Assembly (NCBI GenBank): GCA_016214995.1 | Contig: JACRML010000009.1 | Location: forward strand, 15,155 to 79,154 | Origin: Deltaproteobacteria bacterium | GTDB lineage: Bacteria; Desulfobacterota; GWC2-55-46; UBA9637 | Direction of reading: 5' to 3' | DNA: 64,000 nt | Shown: one piece after another, positions 18,851 through 27,785 of the stretch | Layout: each line of letters opens with the position of its first letter | Numbering within the stretch: position 1 is the first letter of the stretch | Made by a program: the position numbers and the translations under genes | The notes under the pieces: model-generated | Told to the model about the DNA's origin: nothing | Databases searched by the model: none | What the model saw: only the letters and a program-made list of their open reading frames with translations

Positions 18851-21334
18851 TTATTCTTCAATATAATGCATAAGGGCTGGCAGGAGGAACAAGGCGCATA
18901 AGAGGCAGGCAATTACGCCTATTGTTATTATTGCCCCCAACGTTGCTATTCCACGAAACCCTGTTGTTACCAGAGACCCAAACCCTGCTATTGTTGTCAT
19001 GGCGCACATGACAACAGTTTTACCAGCATGTTTAACAGAGTCCTCAGCATTTTTGCGTTCCTCTTCAATATAGTCCTGCAGTATATAAATGCCATAATCC
19101 ACACCAATGCCAAACAGCAACGTTATTGCCCCTATGTTTATATAATTGAATTGTATTCCTGTGAATCCCATAAATCCAAGGGTCAGGATAAAGCCTGTGG
19201 CCAGCGGTATCTTGACAAGAAAGACCCTTTTTATGCTCTTAAACTGAAAATAGATAATAAAAAATATTATTATAAATGCAATTGTGGATGCAGCTACGCT
19301 TTCTCTTATAATAGAGGTCTTAAGATTTGCAAACATAATGGATGTGCCTGTAATATTAAATCCCTTGCCTAGCCCTTCAAGCTCTTTTTCTATAAGTGTT
19401 GTTTTTGCCTCACTCCACTGCTCGCTGTCCTGGTAAAGATAGGCAGCAATCTTCAACCTATCTTTGTTGTAAAAATATCTTATCTTTTTATCATTGCTGT
19501 CTTCAAGCGTCTTTAAGCCGAGCGGTTGTTTAATATCAATGGCATTTCCGATGCCCTTGATATAAGCTGCATATTGTTCGGCAACAACAAAACCATTTTC
19601 TTGTAATGCCTGTATAAATATCTTTTCCATTCTATCCGGGTCAATAGAATCTCTTATCTCTTTTAAAACAAAGATGGCTTCCATCTGCTTTGACAGAGGC
19701 GGCAGAAACATATTAAGGCCGCTGTGGCTGGATATAATCCCGGCCGATTGCCATTTGCCTATAAGGGTTTCAAGCTTATCATACCGGTCCATTAATCCTT
19801 CTTTATTTTCAGCCTCAATAATAATCATTAACGGATTTTTTTGCCTTCCAAAATGTTCGGCAATCTCTTTCTCAAGAAGCATAGCATGGCTTGTTTTTGG
19901 GCCCACGGCCTCAGGTCTGTTGTCAAATTTTATGCCTGACAATCCAATCAAGGATATTGCCAGCAGGGCTATGCTTACAAGAATAACTGCCCTTGGATAA
20001 TCTTTTACTATTTTGCCTATACCTTCCATGCCAATCCTTTGTTCTTTACTGCTGAACAATAGCCCTTTTTTGCGGGATTCTATAGCTATTATCAGCGATG
20101 TCATGATTATGAGTGAAGAAAAGAGACAGGCAAGTACGCCGATACCTGCTATAATTCCAAGCTGATAGAGGCCTTTAAAACTTGTAACCACTATGCTGAA
20201 AAATGCGGCAGATGTTGTTACAGCGCCTGCAACAACGCCAGGAGCGGTTTTTGTAAGGGCAGTGTAAAGCGAACATCTTAAATCTCCGGTTTTTATATAT
20301 TCTTCTTCGCACCTGTTGAAGATGTGGATTATATAATCTATGCCCAGGCCCATAAGCATGGCAGTAACAATGCTGCTTGCCATATTGAGATTTCCAAATA
20401 TAAGATATGCAATGCCAAGCGTCCATGAGAGGGCTGTTAAAAGTGTTAGCGCAGCTATTATCAGAACAAAAACCCTTTTCCTATACACAAATTGAAATAA
20501 AAAAAAGACCAGCAGTGTAGATGTAATTGCATTGATAATCACATCCTTCTGTATAGTGGCATGCGCCTCTATGGCAAAAGCATAAGGGCCGGCAAGCCCA
20601 AGCTGCAAATCATGGTTTTTCCCCATTTGTTTTTTTGTGTCTTCAAGTATATGGTCAATCTCGTTCTTAAACCTTTTCACAAATCCTATATCTCTGCTTG
20701 AGCCGGCTGGTTTTACAAAGATGATGAGCATTGAGTTGTTGTTGCTTATATAATAACCATGTTTGATATTGATTTTATCCATCCCTTGTCTAAACAGAGA
20801 GGAAAGCATAATGGAGCGGATATTGAGCGGGTCACGTACAATAAGTTCAGAATCAAGCGGCGTGCTGACTGGCGAGAGGAGCTGATTTTTGTTTTGTTTT
20901 ATCTGTCTTTCTATTCCTTGTTTTGTGAGCCTTGTCTTTAACTCTTCAAGTGCGTGCTTGTCCATATAGAGGGAGAAGTTTTTTATCATCATTTCTTTGT
21001 CTAACTGAACGATATTATAATCTACATATTCTATAAGAGGAGAGTCTTTAAGTCTCCTGCTAAGAGACTCTGTCAATTCAAAATATTCATCCACCTTTTT
21101 ATCTTTTGACTTAAGCACTACAATAAGATTATCCATGCTGCCAAAATCATTAAGGAAATTTACAAAGGTATCTATGGCAGGATTTTTTGCTGGCAGCGCA
21201 TCCAGAATATCGGTTTTTATATCTATCCTGAATATCAGAGCAGTGGTTAAAATTGTCAGGATGATTGAGGATACAAGTATAGCTTGGTGAAATCTAAAAA
21301 CGAATGAACTTATTTTTTTCAGGAGGTTTGTCAT
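18851..21334 (-). CDS. MMPL/RND-family lipid exporter (HpnN-like)
   Basis: 827 aa, two blocks of TM helices with large periplasmic loops, typical MMPL architecture. Confidence 0.75.
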   Translation of the reverse strand: MTNLLKKISSFVFRFHQAILVSSIILTILTTALIFRIDIKTDILDALPAKNPAIDTFVNFLNDFGSMDNLIVVLKSKDKKVDEYFELTESLSRRLKDSPLIEYVDYNIVQLDKEMMIKNFSLYMDKHALEELKTRLTKQGIERQIKQNKNQLLSPVSTPLDSELIVRDPLNIRSIMLSSLFRQGMDKINIKHGYYISNNNSMLIIFVKPAGSSRDIGFVKRFKNEIDHILEDTKKQMGKNHDLQLGLAGPYAFAIEAHATIQKDVIINAITSTLLVFFLFQFVYRKRVFVLIIAALTLLTALSWTLGIAYLIFGNLNMASSIVTAMLMGLGIDYIIHIFNRCEEEYIKTGDLRCSLYTALTKTAPGVVAGAVTTSAAFFSIVVTSFKGLYQLGIIAGIGVLACLFSSLIIMTSLIIAIESRKKGLLFSSKEQRIGMEGIGKIVKDYPRAVILVSIALLAISLIGLSGIKFDNRPEAVGPKTSHAMLLEKEIAEHFGRQKNPLMIIIEAENKEGLMDRYDKLETLIGKWQSAGIISSHSGLNMFLPPLSKQMEAIFVLKEIRDSIDPDRMEKIFIQALQENGFVVAEQYAAYIKGIGNAIDIKQPLGLKTLEDSNDKKIRYFYNKDRLKIAAYLYQDSEQWSEAKTTLIEKELEGLGKGFNITGTSIMFANLKTSIIRESVAASTIAFIIIFFIIYFQFKSIKRVFLVKIPLATGFILTLGFMGFTGIQFNYINIGAITLLFGIGVDYGIYILQDYIEEERKNAEDSVKHAGKTVVMCAMTTIAGFGSLVTTGFRGIATLGAIITIGVIACLLCALFLLPALMHYIEE

Positions 21335-21488
21335 AGGAATGGATTAAAGGAAGAAAAATAGAGCAGCCTCTTAAGGCCTGTAGCTACCTATTTGCTCGCT
21401 TGTGATGATACGCCATGAAGGATCTAAAATATAAAAAATCAATCATTGATAAATCTGTCCTTGGCAAAGGCCGCAGATTTCTCAAGGG

Positions 21489-22343
21489 TCAAATTGCTTC
21501 TCTTAAATATCTTATATCGCTTAGTCTGAATACCGGCCCTTCCTGACAAACATATACACTATTTATCTGGCAGTGGCCGCATTTGCCAAGCCCGCATTTC
21601 ATTCTTCTTTCCAACGATAAATAGATATCGTGGCCTGCAATCCTTTTATCTCCAAGGCTCATGATCACATATTTATACATAACCGGCGGCCCTACCACTA
21701 TTGCAACTGTCCTTGTTTCATCAATCTTTAATGGCGGAAGAAGCGTTGTTACAACGCCTGTGTGACCCTTCCATGCTGGGTGGGGTTTATCAATTGTTAT
21801 GATAGTATTGATATTGCTGCCTTGCTGCCATTGTGACAGTTCATCTTTAAAAAGTATCTCTTCAGGGTTTTTTACGCCGTAGAGCAGGTTTATTCTGCCG
21901 TAAGATGGACGCTCGGCAAGAACAGCCTTTATCAAAGACCTCATAGGTACAAGGCCTATACCGCCTGCAATAAAGAGCAAGTCTTTGTGCTTTAGGTTTT
22001 CAATAGGAAAGGTTTTTCCATAAGGCCCTCTGATCCACAACCTGTCTCCTTTCATCAGGTTGTGCAGGGCGTTTGTAAGATTTCCAACTGCCCTGACGCA
22101 TATTTCGAACATATTGTTTCTGTCAGGCGGAGATGATATGGATATGGGCGCCTCGCCATAGCCAGGAATGCAGAGCATGACAAACTGTCCCGGTGCATGA
22201 CCAAGTGGTTTTTTATCTTCAAGAGCTATTTTAAACAGCCTTTCCTTTTCAGTGAGTCTTGAAACCCGCTCTATCTTTGCAAGTCTTGATAGATATGGCG
22301 ATGGTATATCAGGAACGTTTATTTGATTCTTCGATAAGCTCAT
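21489..22343 (-). CDS. FAD/NAD(P)-binding oxidoreductase with C-terminal 2Fe-2S cluster (AsrB / sulfhydrogenase gamma HydG-like)
   Basis: Ferredoxin-reductase-like fold (RLFKIAL...GQFVML, LLFIAGGIGLVPMRS), C-terminal CGLGKCGHCQI. Confidence 0.65.
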   Translation of the reverse strand: MSLSKNQINVPDIPSPYLSRLAKIERVSRLTEKERLFKIALEDKKPLGHAPGQFVMLCIPGYGEAPISISSPPDRNNMFEICVRAVGNLTNALHNLMKGDRLWIRGPYGKTFPIENLKHKDLLFIAGGIGLVPMRSLIKAVLAERPSYGRINLLYGVKNPEEILFKDELSQWQQGSNINTIITIDKPHPAWKGHTGVVTTLLPPLKIDETRTVAIVVGPPVMYKYVIMSLGDKRIAGHDIYLSLERRMKCGLGKCGHCQINSVYVCQEGPVFRLSDIRYLREAI

Positions 22344-23427
22344 TCGTTACCTCAACGATATTGATATTGACCAGACATGTCCTGTTGCACCTGCCGCAGC
22401 CGACGCAAAACAACCCTCCAAATTTATCTACCTGATACTGAAACTTTCTATTAAATCTGTGCCTGAGTCTTTCTGCTCTTGTTTTTCTGAAATTATGGCC
22501 TCCTGCAACCTTTGCAAAGTCCTCCAAGAGGCATGCATCCCACACCCGGTACCTTTCTCCCTCTGTTAGATTGGCTTGGATATTATCTCTTACGTCAAAG
22601 CAGTAGCATGTTGGGCACACATTGTTGCATGAGCCGCATCCATAACAAATCTTGCCGACCTTTTCCCATACAGGGCTGTTATAGCTGCCTGAATAGATAA
22701 GAGGCAGACTGGATGCCTCTACGTTTATTGATGCAGCAAATAACTCGGCCTTTTTGTCTTTGAATTCAGCAATTTTTTTAATTTCTTTAGCCGTTGCCTT
22801 TCTGGTTTTTGTGTATTTGTGAAGCAGGTCTTTACCTCTTTGTGTTCCGATCTCCACTAAAAACCCAGCGTTCATATCGTGACCCCAGTTAAACGTCTGC
22901 CTATCTAAGTTGTCTAATTGGTTAGTTGTTCTGTTATTTTTTCTGTTTAGACCTCTAAGGGGGTGAAGAAAAATGTCAAAACCTGAGTCAACGTTCATTG
23001 TATTTACACTCTTGCAAAAGCAGTATTTATCTGGGATACAATCTATGCCTGCAATAAGAGTCTTTTCTCTTCTTTTGATATAATTTACATCAGATGGTCC
23101 ATAAGAAAAGACCCTGTCAAGAAGCCGTATCGCATGAATATCGCATGGATGCACGCCGAAAAGAACCTGATTATTTGCCTCTACAACTGGTTCCATGGCT
23201 GGATTCTCTCCATTCTTGAATGTTAAAAGAGTTTCTTTTGGCGGGAATAAATACTGTTTTGGCGATAAGTGGGTAGGGGTGTGGAGAAGGTTTAAGTCCT
23301 TGGGCGAAGCAATCTCAGCATACAGTGAGAAACCATCTTTTTTTACAGGGCCGTAAACCTTGAAATCTTTTAACAGGCCTGTTACAAAAGAGGCGATTTC
23401 TTTTTTAGAGAGGAATCTATATTCCAT
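22309..23427 (-). CDS. 4Fe-4S cluster protein (AsrA / sulfhydrogenase beta HydB-like)
   Basis: CYGCGSCNNVCPTCYC and CVGCGRCNRTCLVN ferredoxin-type motifs; overlaps the downstream AsrB-like gene by 35 nt. Confidence 0.6.
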   Translation of the reverse strand: MEYRFLSKKEIASFVTGLLKDFKVYGPVKKDGFSLYAEIASPKDLNLLHTPTHLSPKQYLFPPKETLLTFKNGENPAMEPVVEANNQVLFGVHPCDIHAIRLLDRVFSYGPSDVNYIKRREKTLIAGIDCIPDKYCFCKSVNTMNVDSGFDIFLHPLRGLNRKNNRTTNQLDNLDRQTFNWGHDMNAGFLVEIGTQRGKDLLHKYTKTRKATAKEIKKIAEFKDKKAELFAASINVEASSLPLIYSGSYNSPVWEKVGKICYGCGSCNNVCPTCYCFDVRDNIQANLTEGERYRVWDACLLEDFAKVAGGHNFRKTRAERLRHRFNRKFQYQVDKFGGLFCVGCGRCNRTCLVNINIVEVTNELIEESNKRS

Positions 23428-23463
23428 ATAAGATAAAAGTTTCAGGTTTCAAGATACAAGTTG

Positions 23464-23489
23464 CCAGAAAATGCAAATGCATTTTCTGG
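23464..23489. promoter_or_regulatory. perfect 26-bp palindrome 37-62 nt upstream of the AsrA-like gene (operator candidate), flanked by heptamer-type inverted repeats
   Basis: ccagaaaatgcaaatgcattttctgg is its own reverse complement. Confidence 0.4.
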
Positions 23490-23553
23490 GCTTAAACCTT
23501 TCAACGTTTGTCTTATAACTTGCGACCTGAAACTTGCAACTTGGAACTTCCTA

Positions 23554-23910
23554 TTATTCTTCATGTTTTTTGAAATTATATAACAAAACCAAACCATCTT
23601 TAATTGTGATTTCAAGAGTTATTGTTGTAACACGGCTTTGCCTTTCATTTACTATAAATTCTCCAAAATATGTAGGTGTCCTCTTTTCAATATAGGTATA
23701 AATTAATATTTCGGTACCATCTGCTTTTGAATCTGTCTTTGTGGGGTTTCCAAAGGTGTCAGTAATGACATTTTTTGTTGTTATCCCGGGTTTTATCTCT
23801 TCAGCCTGCTCCTTTGTTATTTTACTGCCCTCTGATCGAATCTTTGTGGATGATATTGATGCGCAGGCTGTAATTGCGATTGATATGAGTATAATTGTGA
23901 TAATCCTTTT
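23554..23910 (-). CDS. small lipoprotein (signal peptide with lipobox-like ITAC)
   Basis: MKRIITIILISIAITACAS...; no recognisable domain. Confidence 0.5.
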   Translation of the reverse strand, partial: KRIITIILISIAITACASISSTKIRSEGSKITKEQAEEIKPGITTKNVITDTFGNPTKTDSKADGTEILIYTYIEKRTPTYFGEFIVNERQSRVTTITLEITIKDGLVLLYNFKKHEE

Positions 23911-23951
23911 CATCACTCCTCCTACGATAATATATAACATAGCTGTTTTCC

Positions 23952-25028
23952 TTATGCCATTTCAACAGCATTCCGCAGCTTGTTTTTTACCCTATACATG
24001 GCCTGGTCGGCCATTTGAATAAGTTGTGATCCTTCATGTGCATCATCTGGTATGGAAGCGACGCCAAAACTGGCAGTCAAATGGAGATTTAATCCGTCAT
24101 CCTGTAAAAAGATGTGTTTAGCAATTCTTATCCTTAATTTTTCTGCAATCTGATATGCTTGCTGTTTAGATGTTTGCGGCATTACTATCACAAACTCATC
24201 GCCGCCGTATCTGCACGCAATATTAACCTTCCGCAGGCCATTGGAAATTAGTTTTGATATTTCGGTCAGGAGTTTGCTGCCCATCAGGTGTCCATGGGCA
24301 TCGTTTACCTCCTTAAATTTATCAAGGTCAATAAAAATCATGGCAAGATTGCTATTATACCGCTTTGCCCTTTCCACCTCATAATCCAGGAATCGGTATA
24401 GGTGTCTTGCATTATACAGCTTTGTCAGGTCATCTGTTATTGTTAATTCCTGAATCTTTTGGAAAAATTTAGCATTTTCTATTGCAATTGCGGTATAGTC
24501 AGCAAGGGTGGTAAGAACAAGGAGGTCTTCCTCTTTGAAACCGCCCGGCTCAGACATCTTATTTATAAGCTCTATTACGCCAAGACATTTTTCTCTGCTT
24601 TTTAAAGGCACAGCTATTATTGATTTTGTAGTAAATTTACTGGATTCATCTACCTTCTTACAGAATCTGGGGTCTTTATTAACATCCGGCACAAGGAGGG
24701 GCGTCCTTTCTTTGGCCACCCAGCCGGCTATTCCTTCTCCCACCTTTACTCTTAGATTTTTTATCTTGTCCGCGCCTTCTCCCACAGCTATCTCAAAAGA
24801 AAGTTCATTTTTTTCATCATCCACAAGGAGGAGAGACCAATTTTTAGGCTGAAGCAGTTCGCTTACCTTTTCCATTACAATATTCAAAATTTCCTTTAAA
24901 TCCAGGGTTGAGGTAATTGCCTTGCCTAATTCACTAAATGTGGTGAGCTGTTTAAGTCTCTGGCTGTGCTCTGAAGCAAAGGTAGATTCGGGCATTGTTT
25001 CTACGATCTCTTTTTCAATATGGGCCAT
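23952..25028 (-). CDS. GAF domain-containing diguanylate cyclase (GGDEF)
   Basis: RYGGDEFVIVMP GGDEF motif; N-terminal GAF-like region. Confidence 0.8.
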   Translation of the reverse strand: MAHIEKEIVETMPESTFASEHSQRLKQLTTFSELGKAITSTLDLKEILNIVMEKVSELLQPKNWSLLLVDDEKNELSFEIAVGEGADKIKNLRVKVGEGIAGWVAKERTPLLVPDVNKDPRFCKKVDESSKFTTKSIIAVPLKSREKCLGVIELINKMSEPGGFKEEDLLVLTTLADYTAIAIENAKFFQKIQELTITDDLTKLYNARHLYRFLDYEVERAKRYNSNLAMIFIDLDKFKEVNDAHGHLMGSKLLTEISKLISNGLRKVNIACRYGGDEFVIVMPQTSKQQAYQIAEKLRIRIAKHIFLQDDGLNLHLTASFGVASIPDDAHEGSQLIQMADQAMYRVKNKLRNAVEMA

Positions 25029-25080
25029 ATTTCTTAAAAGTTATCGTATTTAATGGGGAAAATCAAGGAATAATCTGTCT

Positions 25081-25373
25081 GTAAAATAGCGATTGAACCG
25101 GTGCTATTTTACATCTTCCACTTGCAATCGCTTCGCAGCAAGTGGAGCCAGCCGATTTGCTCGCCCCAATCTTTGCTTGGGTGCCCCGATTTAGTTATCG
25201 GCTATTTTTGCTCCTCACCGTATCCTTCCCCTGTTCCTCTCCATGAGGGGGATAAAGGGGGAGGGCTGGTCGTAAATAACACACCCCTTTAGTCCCCTCT
25301 CGAGAGGGGATTTAGGGGTGTGTTGTCTGGCAGTCAACTTGCAGGTTTTCCCAAAAATCAAGGTCTATTTTGT
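25081..25373 (+). repeat. ~300-bp structured intergenic repeat, copy C
   Basis: gtaaaatagcgattgaaccggtgctattttac hairpin, core cttccacttgcaatcgcttcgcagcaagtggag, G-rich palindromes, terminal ccaaaaatcaaggtctattttgtgg. Confidence 0.8.
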
Positions 25374-26227
25374 GGTTGTTTTAACACCATCTGTTTGTAG
25401 GCTTGCTGCAACCTCATGGTTAATGCACCAACCTTTCCACTACCGATCAATTTATCTCCTATCTTTACAAGGGGAATAATTTCCATTATGGAATTGGTAA
25501 GAAATGCCTCCTGGCTGTTTTTAAAATCTGTTTTAGTTAAAGAAATTTCACCGATTTTTATGCCTTGTTTTTTTGCCAGTTCAATCACAAGCCTTCGTGT
25601 AATTCCAGCGAGAATACCATCTTTTACTGGAGGAGTTTTAATGCCTTTTCCATCAAAAAGAAATATATTTGTGATAGCCCCCTCCAGTACTTTGCCACTG
25701 TTGGTAAATATTCCCTCTTGCATTCTGCTTTTATTAGCCTCAATCAACCCCATAATATTTGCCAGAAGGTTTAAAGATTTTACGTGGGGGAGGGGTCTTG
25801 TTTTATTGCTTAAAAAAACAGCGCCCATACCTTTGTACTGATAATGCTCAATCTTTTTTATATCCAACTGTTTTGCTATGATTACTATGCTAGGTTTCAA
25901 CGATTTGGAAGGCATTAATCTGCCATAATCCATGCCCCTTGTTATGATTACTTTTATATAGGCATCACCAATTGTTAGTTTATTTAGTTCAAGTAATTTC
26001 TGAAGAGAGTCTGACAAATATTTTTTGTTTTGTCTGAAGAGTATCTCAATTGTTCTGGCGCCCTCTATTAAACGTTCCAAATGAAGGTCTAGAGCAAATA
26101 TCGTTCCATTGTATGAACGTATTGTTTCAAAAAGCCCGTCTCCATAAGTAAACCCTCTATCAAATATGGATACCGATGCCTTATCAGATGCCAAAAATCG
26201 GCCGTTCAGGAAAACGATGTTGTTCAT
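25358..26227 (-). CDS. pabC: class IV aminotransferase fold: aminodeoxychorismate lyase (PabC)-like
   Basis: Fold-type IV PLP-enzyme signature (GDGLFETIR...; E..TN.F). Sits directly after pabB-like. Confidence 0.6.
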   Translation of the reverse strand: MNNIVFLNGRFLASDKASVSIFDRGFTYGDGLFETIRSYNGTIFALDLHLERLIEGARTIEILFRQNKKYLSDSLQKLLELNKLTIGDAYIKVIITRGMDYGRLMPSKSLKPSIVIIAKQLDIKKIEHYQYKGMGAVFLSNKTRPLPHVKSLNLLANIMGLIEANKSRMQEGIFTNSGKVLEGAITNIFLFDGKGIKTPPVKDGILAGITRRLVIELAKKQGIKIGEISLTKTDFKNSQEAFLTNSIMEIIPLVKIGDKLIGSGKVGALTMRLQQAYKQMVLKQPQNRP

Positions 26228-26310
26228 AAGAATCTGGGATGCGGGAGATGGGGTGTGGGACGTGGTAAAAGATTTTCCTGCTTCCTAGCTCCTACTTCCT
26301 ACCTCCTGTC

Positions 26311-27726
26311 TTAAATGATTGCCTTAAAAAATGCATTGGCCTTCAGCATGGTTTCTTCATACTCTTCCTCTGGATTAGAATCAGCGACAATACCGCCTCC
26401 GACATTTAGATACAATCGATTGTCTTTTAAGACAGCGGTTCTTATGGCCATTGACAAATCCATATTGCCGCAAAAATCCATATATCCAATTGCCCCTGTG
26501 TATATGCCGCGTGGTACTGGTTCCAGTTCTTCTATTATTTCCATTGCCCTTATCTTGGGGGCGCCTGTTACCGAGCCGCCAGGAAATACAGATTTTATAC
26601 AATCTACAGGTGTTATTCCGTTTTTTATCTTTCCTTTAACCGTGGACATCATGTGATGAAGTGTAGCATAAGTATCTATTTTTTGCAGAGGCCGTACCTC
26701 TATTGACCCATATTCGCAAATTTTCCCCAAATCATTTCTCTCTAAATCTACAATCATTATATGTTCTGCCAGTTCCTTGCGGCTTTGCTTAAGCTCTTTA
26801 ATAAAAATTTTATCCTCTTTTGTGTTTTTACCTCTCGGCCTTGTGCCTTTTATCGGACATGTTTCTGCAATGCCGTTATTGAGTTTAAACAATCTTTCCG
26901 GCGAGTTGGATATTACCTGAAACTCCCCGTAATTAAGGAATGCCCCAAATTGAGCAGGGTTTATTTTTCTCAACTTTGAATAGAAAAGAAGATGGTCTCC
27001 ATGGAAATCCATGGTAAGTCTTTGAGACAAATTTGCCTGATATATATCGCCAGAGGCAATATAGCTTTGCGCTTGTTTAATTGCATTCATATAATCATCT
27101 TTGGTAAAATTTGATTTAATACAAGTTATGGGGTTAGGGTGTTCCAGCTGCTGCTCCCTGTTCGCTGTTCCCATGTCCCGGCTACAGGCCCCCAGCCCCC
27201 TAAAAAACTGGTTTATCTTTTCTTTGGCCAGCAACTTTTTTATACTGCTGCCTTTTTCCGGAAGGGCGGATGCAATAACATAGCCCTTATTTATCTTGTG
27301 GTCGTATGCAAAAATGGTATCATATAGGCCTAAAATACAATCAGGAATATTTGGCTCCGCAGTGCGTTTTTCCGGAAGCCGCTCTAATTGGTTTTTTAAT
27401 TCATATCCAAAATAACCAACAGCGCCGCACTGAAAGGGAAACCCGAATTCCTCCTTGTTCCATCCTTTACTAAATGGGGGAGGGAAAGGATTAAATTCAT
27501 TGAGTAAAGAGGTTAAGGCAGAGAATATGCTGCCTGCTAAGATTCTACATGTAGAATCTTTATTAATCTCTACCTTATTATCATATGCTTTGAGTAAAAC
27601 AAATGGGTTTGCGCCTGCAAAGGAATACCTGCTTAAACCGCAGCTATCCAGGAAAAAGGAGTACGGCTGAGAATATAACTTACGAAATACATCTATTGGA
27701 TTCATATTACACAGCTCCATCAGCAT
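26311..27726 (-). CDS. pabB: aminodeoxychorismate synthase / anthranilate synthase component I (chorismate-binding)
   Basis: C-terminal chorismate-binding motifs (PGGSVTGAPK.RAMEII..LE...RGIYTGAIGY). Alternative start at 27705. Confidence 0.7.
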   Translation of the reverse strand: MLMELCNMNPIDVFRKLYSQPYSFFLDSCGLSRYSFAGANPFVLLKAYDNKVEINKDSTCRILAGSIFSALTSLLNEFNPFPPPFSKGWNKEEFGFPFQCGAVGYFGYELKNQLERLPEKRTAEPNIPDCILGLYDTIFAYDHKINKGYVIASALPEKGSSIKKLLAKEKINQFFRGLGACSRDMGTANREQQLEHPNPITCIKSNFTKDDYMNAIKQAQSYIASGDIYQANLSQRLTMDFHGDHLLFYSKLRKINPAQFGAFLNYGEFQVISNSPERLFKLNNGIAETCPIKGTRPRGKNTKEDKIFIKELKQSRKELAEHIMIVDLERNDLGKICEYGSIEVRPLQKIDTYATLHHMMSTVKGKIKNGITPVDCIKSVFPGGSVTGAPKIRAMEIIEELEPVPRGIYTGAIGYMDFCGNMDLSMAIRTAVLKDNRLYLNVGGGIVADSNPEEEYEETMLKANAFFKAII

Positions 27727-27785
27727 AAGAAACAGGTTATAATTTTTTTATAGACAGGTCAAGGATTGGATTTAGGATTTTATTT

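Noticed and set aside
21489-23427. Calling these genes a sulfhydrogenase or anaerobic sulfite reductase
   Set aside because: Only the electron-transfer subunits (AsrA/HydB-like and AsrB/HydG-like) are present. No siroheme or NiFe catalytic subunit is in the window, so the specific pathway assignment was not made.
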